The position numbers and the translations under genes are program-made. The notes under the pieces were generated by a model that had not been told where the DNA came from, did no database searches, and saw only the letters and a program-made list of their open reading frames with translations. A stretch of DNA of 64,000 nt. It comes from Macrostomum lignano. Its lineage: Eukaryota. Location of the stretch: contig NIVC01004002.1 in NCBI GenBank assembly GCA_002269645.1, forward strand, positions 1,734 to 65,733, given 5' to 3'. This document shows, in pieces, positions 50,001-63,100 of this stretch; the first letter of the stretch is position 1, and each line of letters starts with the position of its first letter.

Positions 50001-52041
50001 GAACGATAAGTCTCTTTAAAGTTTCTACTCGTTCAGCTTCCAGATAAAGAGGCCTAACAGTTCCAGTTGAAGCCGATTCTGTCTGAAGACCAGCCATTGT
50101 CATCTTCGAATCTCTCTGACCTGCATTGAAAAGCCACGTTAACTTACAATTAAAATACTTGAGCAATTCTTAGCTACTACCAGTTCCTCATCAAGTCAAA
50201 CTGCAAGCCAGAATTACAATGCATTCGAGCCGCTTGCCGGGAAGCTCATTGGAAGCATCGCGAACGACCACAAAAACTCGATAGTTGTTGCGCTGAAAAA
50301 GAGCGAAATGGTTCGAAATGGAGCTGCAGTTCGTGAGCAAAATCGTCAGAGAATCAAGTTGCAATTAAAAGCCCCAGCCGTACCAGCGAGCTGGCGATCA
50401 CCTCAGTTGCATCGCGGCCGTAAATCGCTTTGCGGTAGTTGGTGAGGTTTCTTCGCTGGAGCGCGGTCTCCAGCTCCTGGGACGTCTGCGGGGGTTTATT
50501 CGCGGCAGCTCAGTCACTCAGTCTCAGTTCCTGCTCACACAGCAGCATTCAGGTTGAATTGATTTAAATTGAATAAAGACCCAGTGACAGATACGGCAAA
50601 AGCAGCTGCATGGAATTATTCTGCCGCGGTAAATCCAGCAGCATTCTGCAGTAAGTTACTCACATGGTAGACCGTCTCTGAGTCGGTGGTGAGCAGTGCA
50701 AATCTGCTCCAGCGGTACCTCAGCAGAAGCTCGATTACCGGCTGCACGAACTGGCTCGGGCTGGTGGGCAGCCGGACAAAGTAGGGATACTGGGACTTCA
50801 CGCTCAGCTCTGGCATCGTGTTCGAGTAGCCAATCTGCGGGTCTCCATCAATATTCATGGGCTGCCCTTCACCGAAAATCAACTGGCAACATCTGCTGTC
50901 CTTTGCAGCCATCACTAGGAGGTAAGAGCGATAACCTATTCGTGAGACGGAGACGTGGGTGATGGCCTATTTGTGAGACGGAGACGTGGGTGACGGCTTA
51001 TTCGTGAGACGGAGGCGTGGGTGAGGGCTTATTCGTGAGACGGAGGCGTGGGTGAGGGCTTATTCGTGAGACGGAGGCGTGGGTGACGGCCTATTCATTT
51101 TACTATAGCTTCACGATGTACACGATTTTACTATTGCTTCTAGCACGCCAAGGATTGCCTGAGGCTGGAAAGTCAGTACTTTCTAATATCTATACGATGT
51201 GCCTAAGATTCAAGCTGTAATCGAATCCAGCGCTTTGACAGCTCAGGTTACGAAAAATTCTTATAAAGAAACCTGTTGTAAGCATCATTTTTAGCAAAAC
51301 CATAAGGTCACAGGCACCATTGCGCTTCCGACAATCAAAAAATCGCATTTGACTGAACTATTTTGAGTAGCCAACCTAGAAATTCATAGTTTTGAGAAGC
51401 GCCCCACCAACCCTGCCGCTATTTTGTCGTGTCAATGGATGATGCCCCAATCCGTACTCTGTAGTTGTGTCATTAGAAATTTATTTTCACCCCTTCTTTG
51501 GACCTTGTCGTGGAACTGAGTTAAATAACTGGATGTTCTGATAGGGGAGTTTCTACTATCAAGGCGTCAACAATTGTTTGACTGCCGTCCCTCCAGTCAC
51601 CTGCGGCAGGTAGTAGAACTGGGCGATGTCGGCCACGATCTGCGCCTGCTGGGAGAAGGCCGGTCCGAGGAGCAGAGCTTTGTTGGGCGGGCTCAGGTAG
51701 CCATCGAACAGAGCCTTGGCCGCGCTGCCGAGCTTGTCCTGCGGTGCGGAGTTCGCATTGAAATTTCGCCTTTTCTGATATTGGTATGATTAGTCATGCA
51801 GGTAGAGTAGCGGGATTCTCACCCCGTCAGTCACAATTTGCTGGTAGTTGAACTGCACCGCGGGAAACAGGCTGCTCAAGTTGGTGTTGATGTAGCCAAA
51901 AGCATACCTGAAGTAGTCTGCGTCGGCTGAGAACGGAGCCTTGTCAGAGATGATGCAGAGCACGGTAGCCGCTTGTCGAGCCGCCCCAGCAACTGGCCAG
52001 AGCAGGAGGAGGCCTAAAAAGACAAATTTTTGGTGCCGCAT
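44098..52041 (-). CDS. GABA-B receptor-like class C GPCR (Venus flytrap domain and 7TM, no cysteine-rich domain), 14 exons, about 743 aa
   Basis: Exons (minus): 52041-51823, 51738-51601, 50834-50664, 50485-50384 (donor could be 50402), 50292-50218, 49490-49299, 48918-48682, 47678-47615, 47519-47442, 47043-46661, 46586-46464, 46241-46148, 44961-44723, 44214-44098; 2232 nt with consistent phases. Family motifs: signal peptide, 'PELSVKSQYPYFVR', 'YGMKYSW', 'DFLGLSGPVRFD..GDR', 'GGQPPLD', 'IKMSSPLVNNVIGAGC', 'GYSAAFGAMLAKTWWVHRIF', 'AWETR..VNDSKKIGVCVYN'. Confidence 0.92.
44230..44628. repeat. 51-bp minisatellite, about 8 units, in the last GPCR intron
   Basis: Period 51 (44230, 44281); unit ...TTGAGATACATCGGCTACAGATGGATTAACAACAGACTAGCGGGGAGGGGG. 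Confidence 0.96.
45274..46041. repeat. 36-bp minisatellite, about 21 units, in GPCR intron 12
   Basis: Unit CCCAACGCCTCTAGTCCCAGGCTCTACTCTGTG(C/T)GT. Confidence 0.97.
47754..48360. mobile_element. Long-TIR non-autonomous element (188-bp inverted arms) in GPCR intron 7
   Basis: Arms 47754-47941 and 48173-48360 are reverse complements (the supplied ORFs 47757+ and 48357- begin with the same 61 aa). Read as TATA|TGTTGAAC...GTTCAACA|TATA; the spacer holds more GGGGCGTACAGACACTC copies. Confidence 0.8.
50937..51095. repeat. 31-bp minisatellite, about 5 units, in GPCR intron 2
   Basis: Unit TATTCGTGAGACGGAG(G/A)CGTGGGTGA(G/C)GGC(T/C). Confidence 0.9.
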
Positions 52042-53008
52042 CACTCCGCGAGTGACTCGGCAGAATTTATGCGAGAGAAATTGCTTTTAACAGCGAAATT
52101 GCAATTTCAGTCTATCGATAAGATTTAAGGCTCAATGAATAGAAAGCTCTCCGTGGGATTCTGGATCTGAATTTATCCCCAGAGGGAAAAGCTTTAACCT
52201 GCTGCTTGAGCTGCCAGCCAATGCCCGCTCTCAGCTCAGAGGAACTGAGTGATTGTCGCAAATGAGCAACTCTCACTGGCTGAAACTGCAGGACTCGGAA
52301 AACAGTTATCTGGTCAATGGTTTAGGACTGAAGCCTGCGTATCCTCACTTCATCAGGTTTGTTAGCTGTTTCATGTCCAAATCTGCCCCACCCTGTCTTT
52401 TTAAATCCTAGCCATTTCACGAGCATAACTGCATGACGTGTCGGTAATTAGTCAGGGCCAAGTGTAGCTCGCAACAGTTAGTCTGCAATTCGAGTTGAAG
52501 GGAAATAGCGAGCCCTTAAATTGCAAGGCAGATTGATTGCAGATGAAACCTGCAGTTTTAACTCTCGTTGTCCGTAATTGCGTGGCTGCAGCTTGGCAGC
52601 TCGTTCGCATACAGCCGGTGGAAATTGTCTGAAAATTGAAAGATGCAATTTTCAGTGCTCCCAGCCGTGCAATGCTGAAACTTAAATTATTGAGCACGAT
52701 GATTGTAGGGAAAGTTTCTTGTCAAATTCCAGGTTCCATCCATCTCTGGTTCGTTCCATCTCTCGCTGCTTGCACATGAGCCTTGGCTATTATAACAAGT
52801 AGTCCCTATCTGCTGTCGAACTGTTTGGCTAGAAAAATAATCGAATAACTAAATATATCCGCAGATTCAAATGCATACCGGGTGATACTATTTATACAAT
52901 AAATATAGCTTATAGGTGCATGAAAATATGTACGGGGCGTCCCAGAAGTAGTGTCAATCTCGCTTTCTGCCACAAGTATTAACGTTTGTTAATTTTTTAT
53001 ACTTACCA

Positions 53009-56000
53009 TGTTGACAAGAGAATCCAAAGAATCGAGAATGCAGCACTTGGCCTCGCATTTGGCAGTTGTAGCAGACAACAAAATCAAAAGGGGTTCACGC
53101 CGTCTAGTCTTGCTAGGTATATTTATTCTCAATTTATTAAGTAGAAGGCGGGGTTGACACAGGCTTTAGCGAGGGCCGGTGTAAATGTGCATGAATTACT
53201 ATGTACTCGTACGTTAACCAATCAGAATGGGGGGGTGAGAAAGGTGGCGTGAGGCGCGGAGGGGGGCAGGTAAAATAGGCAAATGATGAGTAATAGTACA
53301 GACGTACAATGAAATAAGCAAAACCTTTACTCTTCAATCCATACCTTCCTTTTTGGCATGAGCACATGCCAACAACAAAGAGCACCTCGAACAAAGATCT
53401 TAGAAATGGAAACATTCAATTATTATAGTACCGCGTATTTTTCAGGAAAAAAATTAAATCGCTAGGATGAAATACGCTCGACAAAATGACAAAGTGAAAA
53501 TAGAATCAAATAATTAGGTTAGTAAACGAATCACGGGGATGCGGTAAATATTCGAACAGAATTAGCAAACGGGATTGAACCTGAAACGTAGCGTACAGTG
53601 CGATGAAATGAGCAAAGGGGATAAACGCTGAAAAATGGGAAAACTAACCGAACAGAGTATGCAAAACCTCTTCGCAACAAACGCCAAAAAAACAAAATAA
53701 CACGAAAAAACACAGAATACAGAAAACAAACACAAAAAACAGGCAACAAAAACTCCCAAAAATAGACAGCCGACATGAAAAAACACAATGCGAGAGAACC
53801 AAACTGGATTTAATGCGCAGGGAAGCAAAACTCTCAAAAGCCAAAAAAGAAAAATGTAGCGCGTTATCCCATCACCAAAATAGCTTGAAACTGAAAACAT
53901 CGAAATTGAAACGCATGCAACGGTTAGTCGAAGTCAAGGAAATGATCGCTAAATCGCAGAATTTTTTCAATAAAGTAAAGTTTGGTCAAAAATTTCAACT
54001 ACTCAGTTCTCAAGCCTTCCCTTCGTGATTGGTTGACGCAGCCTCGCAATCGGCCTCGCGGAGGCCTTGCCAACCAGCTGCACTTTCGCAACTCGCACCC
54101 GTCTCTCCGCGGCAGCCAGCAGATGGTCGCGAATCGAACTCTCTCGCCTTGCATGCAGATGCGCCGCTTTGAGCTCGAGAACCTGGTCGCCATGGTCGGA
54201 TCTAATCGTCTGACCGCCGATCGTTCCTCATTCATGCTAACGACCAGTCACCTTTTGTGCATACCACCAGCTGTCAACCTCCGTCAGCTGCTTCGCTGAA
54301 GTTCGAAGTTCGAAGAAAACGCATCGGCTGGATGGAATTCGGTCGTGACACACCTCCACTGGTCCGGATCTGTGACAGACTTGGTCTCTCTGATGCGGTT
54401 CGCAGCAAACGGCTGGTCGACTTTAAAGGTGCACTTGTTCCAATCGCTTCTCCATTCTACACCAAGCGTCTTGATGGATGGCATCGGTGTCCTTTCCAAT
54501 GTTACTTCGGCTACTGATCTTCTGGTGGCACTCTGCTCAACAGTTCTCGCGAATCGGATATCCATTTCCTGAGGTGCATGCCTGCACGCTCCCAGCGAGT
54601 CTTCAATTGGATCACCTCAGCCTCTGACCCGACCGAATCTAAACAATCGTCCATATTGGTGGAGTTGAGAACAGCGTCTGCAGCTAATGGCAGCTCTTCT
54701 TTCAGGCGTTCCGCATGCTCACGAACTACGAACTGAGCAAGAAACGGCGAGCTTGAGTTTCCGAAAACGATGCGGTTGGTCTCAAACATTTCAACAGGCT
54801 TGCTGGAGTCCATATCACGCCATAGAAAGCTATGCGTCGGCCTGTCCTCCGGTGCCATTTCGATCTGGAGGTACATCTCGGACACATCACAAGCCCCAGC
54901 CACCGCATCTCTCCTGAAGCAAAGCAGAACGACAAACAATTCTCGCTGAAGCTTCGGCCGTGGGAGGACCAGAGAATTTTTAAGGACTTTTCGTTCCCGC
55001 CCGCCGAGGCATCGAAGACGATGCAAATCTTTGTCGTCAGCTTGTCGAATCGAATGATCGGAAAATGCGGCAGAAAACACCTTCTGGCTGAAAACCCCTC
55101 TACTGCAACGTGCCGAATGTAGCCTTGCTGCCCATATCGCTCTAGACATGCTTGGTATTGCTTTGCCACCTCCACATCTTTCTTCAACCGGGTCTCTGTG
55201 TTGCAAAGCCGTTTGATCGACATCTTATAGTTATTCGAGCGAATTTTCGCTTCTGGCTTCCACGGAATTCCCACCTGGTATCGGCCGTTAATTAGTTTTA
55301 ACGAAGACTTGGCTTGCTCTACTGCAGCCTGCTCGTCCGCTGTCCGATTTTGGTCCTGAGCTGACCGGATTTCTTCGACCTCCCGGAACTTTCGTAGCAC
55401 TGGTGACAGCATCTCCTCGCTGGTGAAACAGAAAAAGGTGCTGGCCAAGTTTGTCTGGTGCTGAATCTGTTCTACTGGACCCACACCTGTCCATCCAAGG
55501 GGAGTCAAACGTGCCTGTGGCTACCCAAGGCCACCGCGAACTTCTCGGTAGGACACATGTAACTCCGCATGATCCACTCCTATCAGCAGTTCTATGAGAT
55601 TCGGCGCATGGAGCTGAGGAAATGAAATATGCTCCAGATGTTTCCAATCCGCTGCTGTCGTCTGCCAATCCGTGGCCTTCAGCTTCCCGGTGACGCTGTC
55701 TGTCGTTAATGCCGTGATCGGACGACTCAGACTTCCATCTACACTTTCGAGCGTCATCGTAACCGGAGCTGTCAAGAATTTCTCTGTCTGTCCGTTCAAA
55801 ACGTTCACTTTCACTTGCTCCACATTGCCCTCCAGTCCCAGAACTTCAGCAATCTCTGCATTCACATACGTCCTTGTACTCGCGTCGTCCAACAGTGCGT
55901 TAACTTTCACAACACAGCTGCCTGCCTTGAGAACCACTGGAACAGTTCGCAGCGACGTTGCACCTCCACTTCCTGCCATCATCGTTACGGCGGCTCCTTT

Positions 56001-57030
56001 GCGACCGACCCGACTTAGCGCTCTTTTTGACCCCTTGTGCCGGCGAATTCTTCTTCGACTCAAATTTTACTGCCTCTTCAGAATGTAGCAAGCGGTAGTG
56101 AAACCTGTTGCATTCACCGATTCCACATCGGCGTCCATGACGGCATATCCGAGCAGCATGACCGCGAGCTAAGCAGCAAAAGCATGAAATCGAATCTTCC
56201 GCAGCCTTCCAGCGATTTTCAATTGACAGCTGTCTAAATGTTGGACACTTTCACAGCTCATGTTGATCTTGACACAGCTTGCAAGATTTTGACGGAGACG
56301 TGGTCGCGGCAGTCGCCGCAGTCTGATGAGCAGTGATAACTGAGTTACACATTTCATGGTGTCTTGAAACTGTTGCTCAATTTGATCCAGCTCGTCCAGA
56401 TCTTTGTCTCGAGCTTCTTCTTTTGCTTCTTGCTGAAGGAGCTCGTCATAGAATGCGTCAAGCAGCTTCACGCACTCCTCGTGTGCTGCAGTGGCTTCAT
56501 CGTACGCTTGCTGGATCGCTCCATGATCGGTGTCGCTCTGTAGCAACAGTACCAGCCGGTTTCGAGTTCTAGTTGCTGCAGACTTCGTTCTTGCTTTCAC
56601 TCGTCGAAACTGTTCGATGCGAAGCCGCTCCTCAGTGCTGATCTCTTCTTCTTCATCTTCTGAGCAGCCAGTCTGCTGCTGATTCAATTCGTGGCTGGCA
56701 ATTTACCTGAACCACGCTCTGCTACCAAAATGTTGACAAGAGAATCCATTAAAGAATCGAGAATGCACCAACAAATCAAAAGGGGTTCACGCCGTCTAGT
56801 CTTGCTAGGTATATTTATTCTCAATTTATTAAGTAGAAGGCGTGGTTGACACAGCGGGGGGTTGTAAATGTGCATGAATTACTATGTACTCGTACGTTAA
56901 CCAATCAGAATGGGGGTGAGAAAGGTGGCGTTAGTTGCGGAGGGGGCAGGTAAAATAGGCAAATTATGAGTAACAGTACAGACGTACGTACAATGAAATA
57001 AGGAAAACCTTTACTCTTCAATCCATACCA
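53009..57030 (-). mobile_element. BEL/Pao LTR retrotransposon, degenerate and internally deleted (about 4 kb)
   Basis: Direct LTRs at 53009-53346 and 56731-57030. Gag N-terminus (56169-56687), protease VNALLDDASTRTY and IELLIGVD (55521-56063), TPLGW, YQVGIPWK, FLPHFPI, IVFDASA, CDVSEMYLQI, FGNSSSPFLA, NMDDCL, GMHLRKW, KTLGVEW, QWRCVTTEFHPAD. Many frameshifts; integrase absent. Confidence 0.92.
56710..56727 (-). promoter_or_regulatory. Primer-binding site (initiator tRNA-Met type) of the BEL element
   Basis: TGGTAGCAGAGCGTGGTT, 3 nt downstream of the 5' LTR end; complementary to a ...CTCTGCTACCA tRNA-iMet 3' end. Confidence 0.8.
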
Positions 57031-57840
57031 TTTTAACTTTCAAGCACCTCTCTCAAGTCCGATTTTCTCATGTACATGTACGCTCGTACTTCCCGCTCTA
57101 GGCAGCATGCATTTGCTTGCGCACCCATGACCAGAGAAATACACACGATATACAGTGCATGAATCTATGCTTATGCGGAAGAAAGGCATGTAGGTGGGCT
57201 GTGCAAAATGCAGACTTTGAAGGTAGCAGAAGCAGTAAAATTTGTTTCAGGGGAGCCTAAAATTTACTAAGCAGATGAACAGAAACATGCGATCTTTGCA
57301 CTCTGGAGTCTTGGCGAACTCAGCTCAAAAGTAGCTCAAGGCTGGCCGCCGGTGCGTTTCCAACTTGTCTGAAAACTCGCCCGTCGACGTCTGCATCCAA
57401 TCTAAGGAGTTGCCTGTCCGGATCTTGCATTTTCTGGAAGATATTCGCTGTGCCATCCGGGTGCACCGCAGAATGGTTGACAGCATGGGGACTGGTGAAA
57501 CTCAGTGTTCGCTTTGGGTCCCGCTACTTCTAACAGAGGTTTCGATGAGACAACCACTTGAGATTTGCCAAGCGAACCTGGGCTGTGCGGATAAGCTCGG
57601 CTAGAACTTAGCGAGCACATTGTCACCGGTGATTATAAGACATGGATAACTCACTTCAATTCTCTCACCAAAATCACAGTCGTTGGTCTGGACAACGAAG
57701 GGATCGAATATCCTCCAATCAAAGCACAGAAGAGAAGATCATGCTTCTTTATTTGATTTTCATTGGCCAATGCTGACCGTTATGTACATGTGCATGTACG
57801 TCAAACTCTGACAATACAACAACAGAATACGCAGTTAGCG

Positions 57841-59440
57841 TCACATGGCGCGCTTCAAGGCCAGGTCGCGAATGAACGCCACGCCGCCGGCCGAATCCGG
57901 GGCGCCGGCGTCAGCCAGCAGGCAGTCGACGAAAGGCCGAGTGCGCGCCTACCCCCGCCGGTAGGGTGCCTGCAGCGTTAGCAGCAGCACCTCCTGCACC
58001 GGCTCTGGGCAGTACGACTCGGCGCGGATGATGTGGCATGTCAGCTGGAGTCGCCGACGGCGCAACAGGTCGCTTGGACGGACCAGCCCGGCGCTGCGAT
58101 AAAAAGCCGCGTTGGTTACTCGCTCGTAGCCGATCTTGAAGGCGGCGCGCAGCAGGCCAGCGCGCGCCGCGTCAACTTGTTACTCGAGCGACTCCGTCAG
58201 CGTCTAGGTCTCGGCGTTGTACAGCAGGACGCGGTCTCGATCGCCGCCTGGAACAACGCCGCCCTCTGGCGGTCAGGTAAGGCCTCAGACTGCAGGACTG
58301 CCCTCACAGAACGAAAAGCAATCCAGGCAAGCCCGCGGCGACGCTGCAAATCCTCGCGGACGCCGGGAACCAGACCGCCGAGGCAGACGAACTGCTGACA
58401 ACGCAGAAGCTCTGTCGCCTGTCCATCAGCGACTCCGAAATCGCAGCCTCGATGTCGTCCGGCACGCAGAACATGACGGTCTTCTGCGTGTTGACCACCA
58501 GGCCCACACTCGCCGCAACAGCAACTAGCTTCTCCAGCTGTCGCTGGGCGCCCTCGACAGTTGAGGACAGCAGGGCGAGGTCGTCGGCGTAGCCAACCTT
58601 AGACCCACGCGTCACCGCAACAGAAAGCCGCGGGTCGTCGTTAGTAGGAAGAGCGGTCCGCAGCACCCAGTCCAGCACCAGAACGAACAGGAACGGTGCA
58701 AGCGTATCTCCCTGAAGCACCCCGGGAGGATCGATGTCTAAAAAGAAGTCCGATAGGCTATCCGGTGTTGAAACAGCAGCTTTCGTATCACGGTACATCG
58801 CCATGATGGCGGAAATCAGCTGCTGTGGCACGTTGTACGCACGGAGCACCTTTGGGAGCACAGAGACCTGTCGACCGAGTCGAATGCCTTCTTGAAATCT
58901 AAGGAGATAACAATCAGGATCGATTGGCGTATCCGCGTGCTTCCTCGACGAGTCGCCGAAGATCTGCGTCACTGTGCCGCGGCTGGAAGCCGTTCTGCTC
59001 AGGACGCAGGTACAGATGCAGCACGGGCTGCAATCGCGATATGTGTAGCATCCGGTTGAAAAACTTCAGAGTGCAGAACTGAAGGCAGATACCTTGATGC
59101 TCCTCAAGCCTCGTGGTGCCCGGCTTCTTGGGAACTGCGACGATGTGCGCCGTGGTCCATTCATTGGGTGCCTCCTCACCGAAGAGCACGCGATTCATCA
59201 CTCTGACGACCTCACTGGCCACACAGTAGATGCGCAGCGCCTCGATGGGCACCTCGTCCAGACGCAGCGCTTTACCGCCCGGTGATTGCTGGGCGATCGC
59301 CTCACAACGTCGGTTGTGCTGACTGGTGCTAGGCTGAAGCTCTCCTCTGCCGGCAATGGCATCTCCGGCGGCAGCGTCAAACCCTGAACAAAGTTCGATC
59401 GGCGAGACATCAGCAACGCGAGGTTTGGAGGTCACACACA
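57841..59440 (-). mobile_element. 5'-truncated, frameshifted RTE-like LINE (RT domain through the ORF end)
   Basis: WTTAHIVAVPKK, RPEQNGF, GVLQGDTLAPFLFVLVLDWVLR, GYADDLALL, VGLVVNTQKT; C-terminus ...FIRDLALKRAM-stop near 57841. Confidence 0.9.
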
Positions 59441-60166
59441 GACACTGCGTTGAAATGACACCATCACAACGCCATGCCTATGCAATATAGAGCCAGAAGG
59501 ACTTAAGAAGCTCCGGTTGCCTGAAGAAGTTCTTGCCACACCCACCATATATATACCTGAGGCCTACATTGACATAGCTCTGTTGGACTTCGCTGTCTTC
59601 ACTCGCTCAAAGCAATTCTGCCGCCAACGCAGATAATCGGGACTCATACTCAGCTGCAGTGCATCAGAGTCAGCCACTGTTCTTTGCCGATGCAATTGAT
59701 TCGCTTCGACAACGCTGTCCCTGCTCTAAGGCGACTAAAACTTCGAGAAGAGGACGATTTCACCACAGACGATTAGGAGTAATTGTAAACTACATCATGG
59801 GTTCGATCTTGTGCTAACTGATGATTAGTTTGCTTGTACGGCTTAGTACGAATCAAATTTTTACAGCCTCAATTTCTCGTTTTTTGACATTTTTCGACAT
59901 TAAAAGTCAAACCTAGCCAAAGATCCGACTATACGATTAACAATTTGAACTTTACAATTGACTATCAACTCGTTCCTAAGTAGTGCAATAAGCATAAAAA
60001 TCGTTGTTCGTTTTTCACGATTATGACTGTGGGCTAATTGTTTTGATTGACGATACGCTGGCAAACTTGACTTGCGAAACGGAAATAATTTCTCATGTTC
60101 CCTCTTCGTCCTTTTCGGCTTCTTAGTCTTTCGAACGTTTAGAGGAGCGCGACTTTCATTACTATT

Positions 60167-63100
60167 ATGGATTTGGATCTGGACTACTATTTCCCGTTCA
60201 GTGATGTATCTAAAACATTACAGCGAATTAATATGTATCCATTTTTCGACATATCACATTATATTTTGATGTGTTTGCTTGTTAAGGAAGATACTCCTCA
60301 ACTTGGTGAGCTTGATGAAATGATTTTTTTCTTGTAAACCTTTTTATTGCTTAGAATTGAAATTTATAATAATTTGTCTGTAAAGCTTAGATAAAATTTC
60401 CCAAAATATTAAAAGCATGGGACTATTAAAAACGAGTGCAATGAGCATTATTAATATTATGCACTAAGAACAATATAAGAGCACTTAGCATTTGTATTTT
60501 TGCTAAAATCGACCGCATACCTGCCGACAGACCATTTTTAGTATATGGATTGCTGCATACTCAGCCTACATATTTCCTTAAAGGCAAAGCCAAAATATTT
60601 TTATAGGCTAATCTTATTTATACATCAATGGTGTCAATTATCAAAACATTTGACAAAAAAATAAAATGATTGCACAATTATATATTTGCTAAATATATTA
60701 TGAATTGAGCCTAAATTTGCTTATTTGTGTTTTTAGGCCTATGTAATAAAATTGTTTTATTATTCTATTGTAAAACCTGCTTGAAAACATTTTAAAGAAT
60801 TCATAAAACCTGCCTAAAAATTAATAAAATGCTTCTTAATTTTTCAGGTACACCAACATTTTCAAGACATCACCCATTTGCATCTTGGCTAGCAAGCATG
60901 CTCATGTGCTTTGCAGGCACTATAATTGGTAATGGTTTGACTGGTGAACCACTAATTGTGCCCTTTCAAAACCATAGAGAAATTCTGGTAGCAACAACTG
61001 TGTGGTAAGTTATTTGCATTTATTTAAGCTTCTGGTCTTATTTGTATTTAGATGCTTGTCATTGTTTTTCCTTTTATTACTGTTATCACCACTACCTACT
61101 TAAAGTATTCCAACTTAATTTCAGTGCTAGTTCATTCTGTGCATACAAGCTTATTTACCTATCAAATTTCCCAAATGTAGAAGTTAATGTTTAAGTGTAG
61201 AAATTTTGTTTCAATGGGCTTAGTGAGATATTACTAAGATGATATAGGAAAGTATTTAGTTTAATTTTTACAACACTAAATACACTGTTTTCAGGTATGT
61301 CCTCAACTATGCACCCTTTGACCTAGTCTACAAATTAGCTAAGTTTGCACCTGTCCATCTGGCTGTCTGCCTGTTGAAAGAAATACAGAGAACACGGAAA
61401 GTCTTTGATGGAGTGGCTGTAGGCGTTCGGCTTTATCCCCAGGCCTACTTGCTCAATGTACTCATCGGCCTTGTGAAAGGTAGGCCTATGAATGGGACTG
61501 GCATGCGTGTTTCCATGCTCACTGCTGATTACTTCAGTGTCGCAATATAAAAATGAATATGTAATTTGTATGGCTGTAATTAAGGGTTTCTGGTCTGTTC
61601 TAGAAGGTCAGGCAATCGGCGCCTCTGCCTCATTGTTGCGAACTGGGTTGGCGCTATTTGGAAGAAACTTCACCCAAACCCTTCCCTGCCTCCGGGACTC
61701 CGCCTGTTTGGTTCTTATAGCCCGTTTGTCTTGACCTTATCAGCGCTCTGCAGAAGCAGAGGCTCCCCGCCATCCACTTTCCTGCGATCGCTCGCTTCAA
61801 GGAAATCAAAGCGAAACGAGCCCCGTGGACACGGAAGCAGCAATTTCTGCAGCTAGAAGCAGCCATTGGCCAGCCAGGGGGAGTTGATTGCCTGCTGACT
61901 TGCCGCTTCAAGAGCGGGAGGGGAGCGGCTGCCCGTAGTTAACTTCCCAAATCCCTCAAGTTCTCCCATCATTGCGGAATTCGCGGGCGGATTCGATCCC
62001 GCTTCACTCCCTCCGTGCATCTTCCCTTCAGCTTTGCCTCCCTCGCCATTGCGGTCTGCGTACTTTAATGGCTGCGGTTCATCTTGATGGCTTTGGCGGA
62101 CGCCACTGAAGTTTTGCAGCAGTCTACGGCAGCTTCGGCTGTTCGATAGCGTCTATTTTTAGCTTAGCTGACTGGCTGGTAGAGGCAGGAGCACCGCTGG
62201 CTGGCATTTAGCATCGTTAAAGTTCAAGTTTTAGCCGTGTTGGTGCATTTTCCTCCGATTAGTACTGTACGAACGCATATCTGGCCGCCCATTAACACCT
62301 GCTTGTCGTGCATCACTAATTTGAACTCACCTGCCGAATTTCCTTCATCCATGCGCTGATAAGCCAACGGCAGCCCGGTGATGCTGCTGTTCGCCCGCCT
62401 CGTCACCGGCCAGTTCCGTCCGCCCATTGTGGGAGCATTCTCAGTGTAAGGCCTTCGGTATTTGCAGGCGGGGGCTTCCTCTGTGTTGCTATGCGGTTCG
62501 TTTCATTTTGCACCAAAAGCCATAAAATATCGCGATAGTTTAATAGTGCGTTTAATCACATTGAAGTCTTTTAATATGGCTAATTCTAAACACTTACCGG
62601 TCTTTTGTTTTCTCCTTGCTTTCTTTAATGCTACTTCAGTAGTACGTGTATCTTGTGCAGTTTTTTCGTATAGAGAACGATGATTTAATGTGACTTTTTC
62701 CCTTTTTTCGTCCGGCACGAAAGTCTTACCAATTTTGTTCAATCATCTGAGCTAACTCGCTGAAGATGTTTAACCGATCTCACCTGGCGACGCTTAAATT
62801 GTCTCTCTGTATCAGAATCTCACCTGATTAACAGCACAGGTGTTGGTGGTTACCAGTTAGGAACACTGGCGCAAGCCCTTCTGCATCTCCAAGGCGGATT
62901 ACGAGGCATTTTTGCTGCTGCACCCTCACAGTGCAGGTACGCGACGTTTCATAAAGGTGGGCATAACTTTTGTTTTCTTGTCCGCAGCCTTCAAAACTGT
63001 TGAGATGTTCAACGATAGCCCAGGTCAGATTTTGAACGTCAAGCTGATCTCTGTGATCTGTTGATCTTTCTGAGCCTCTGTGTTTTGTCAAAGTATATCG

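Noticed and set aside
62828-63091. Possible second FLYWCH-like remnant in TRIC intron 3 (C...C...HQH)
   Set aside because: Motif spacing is too weak to call without a profile search.
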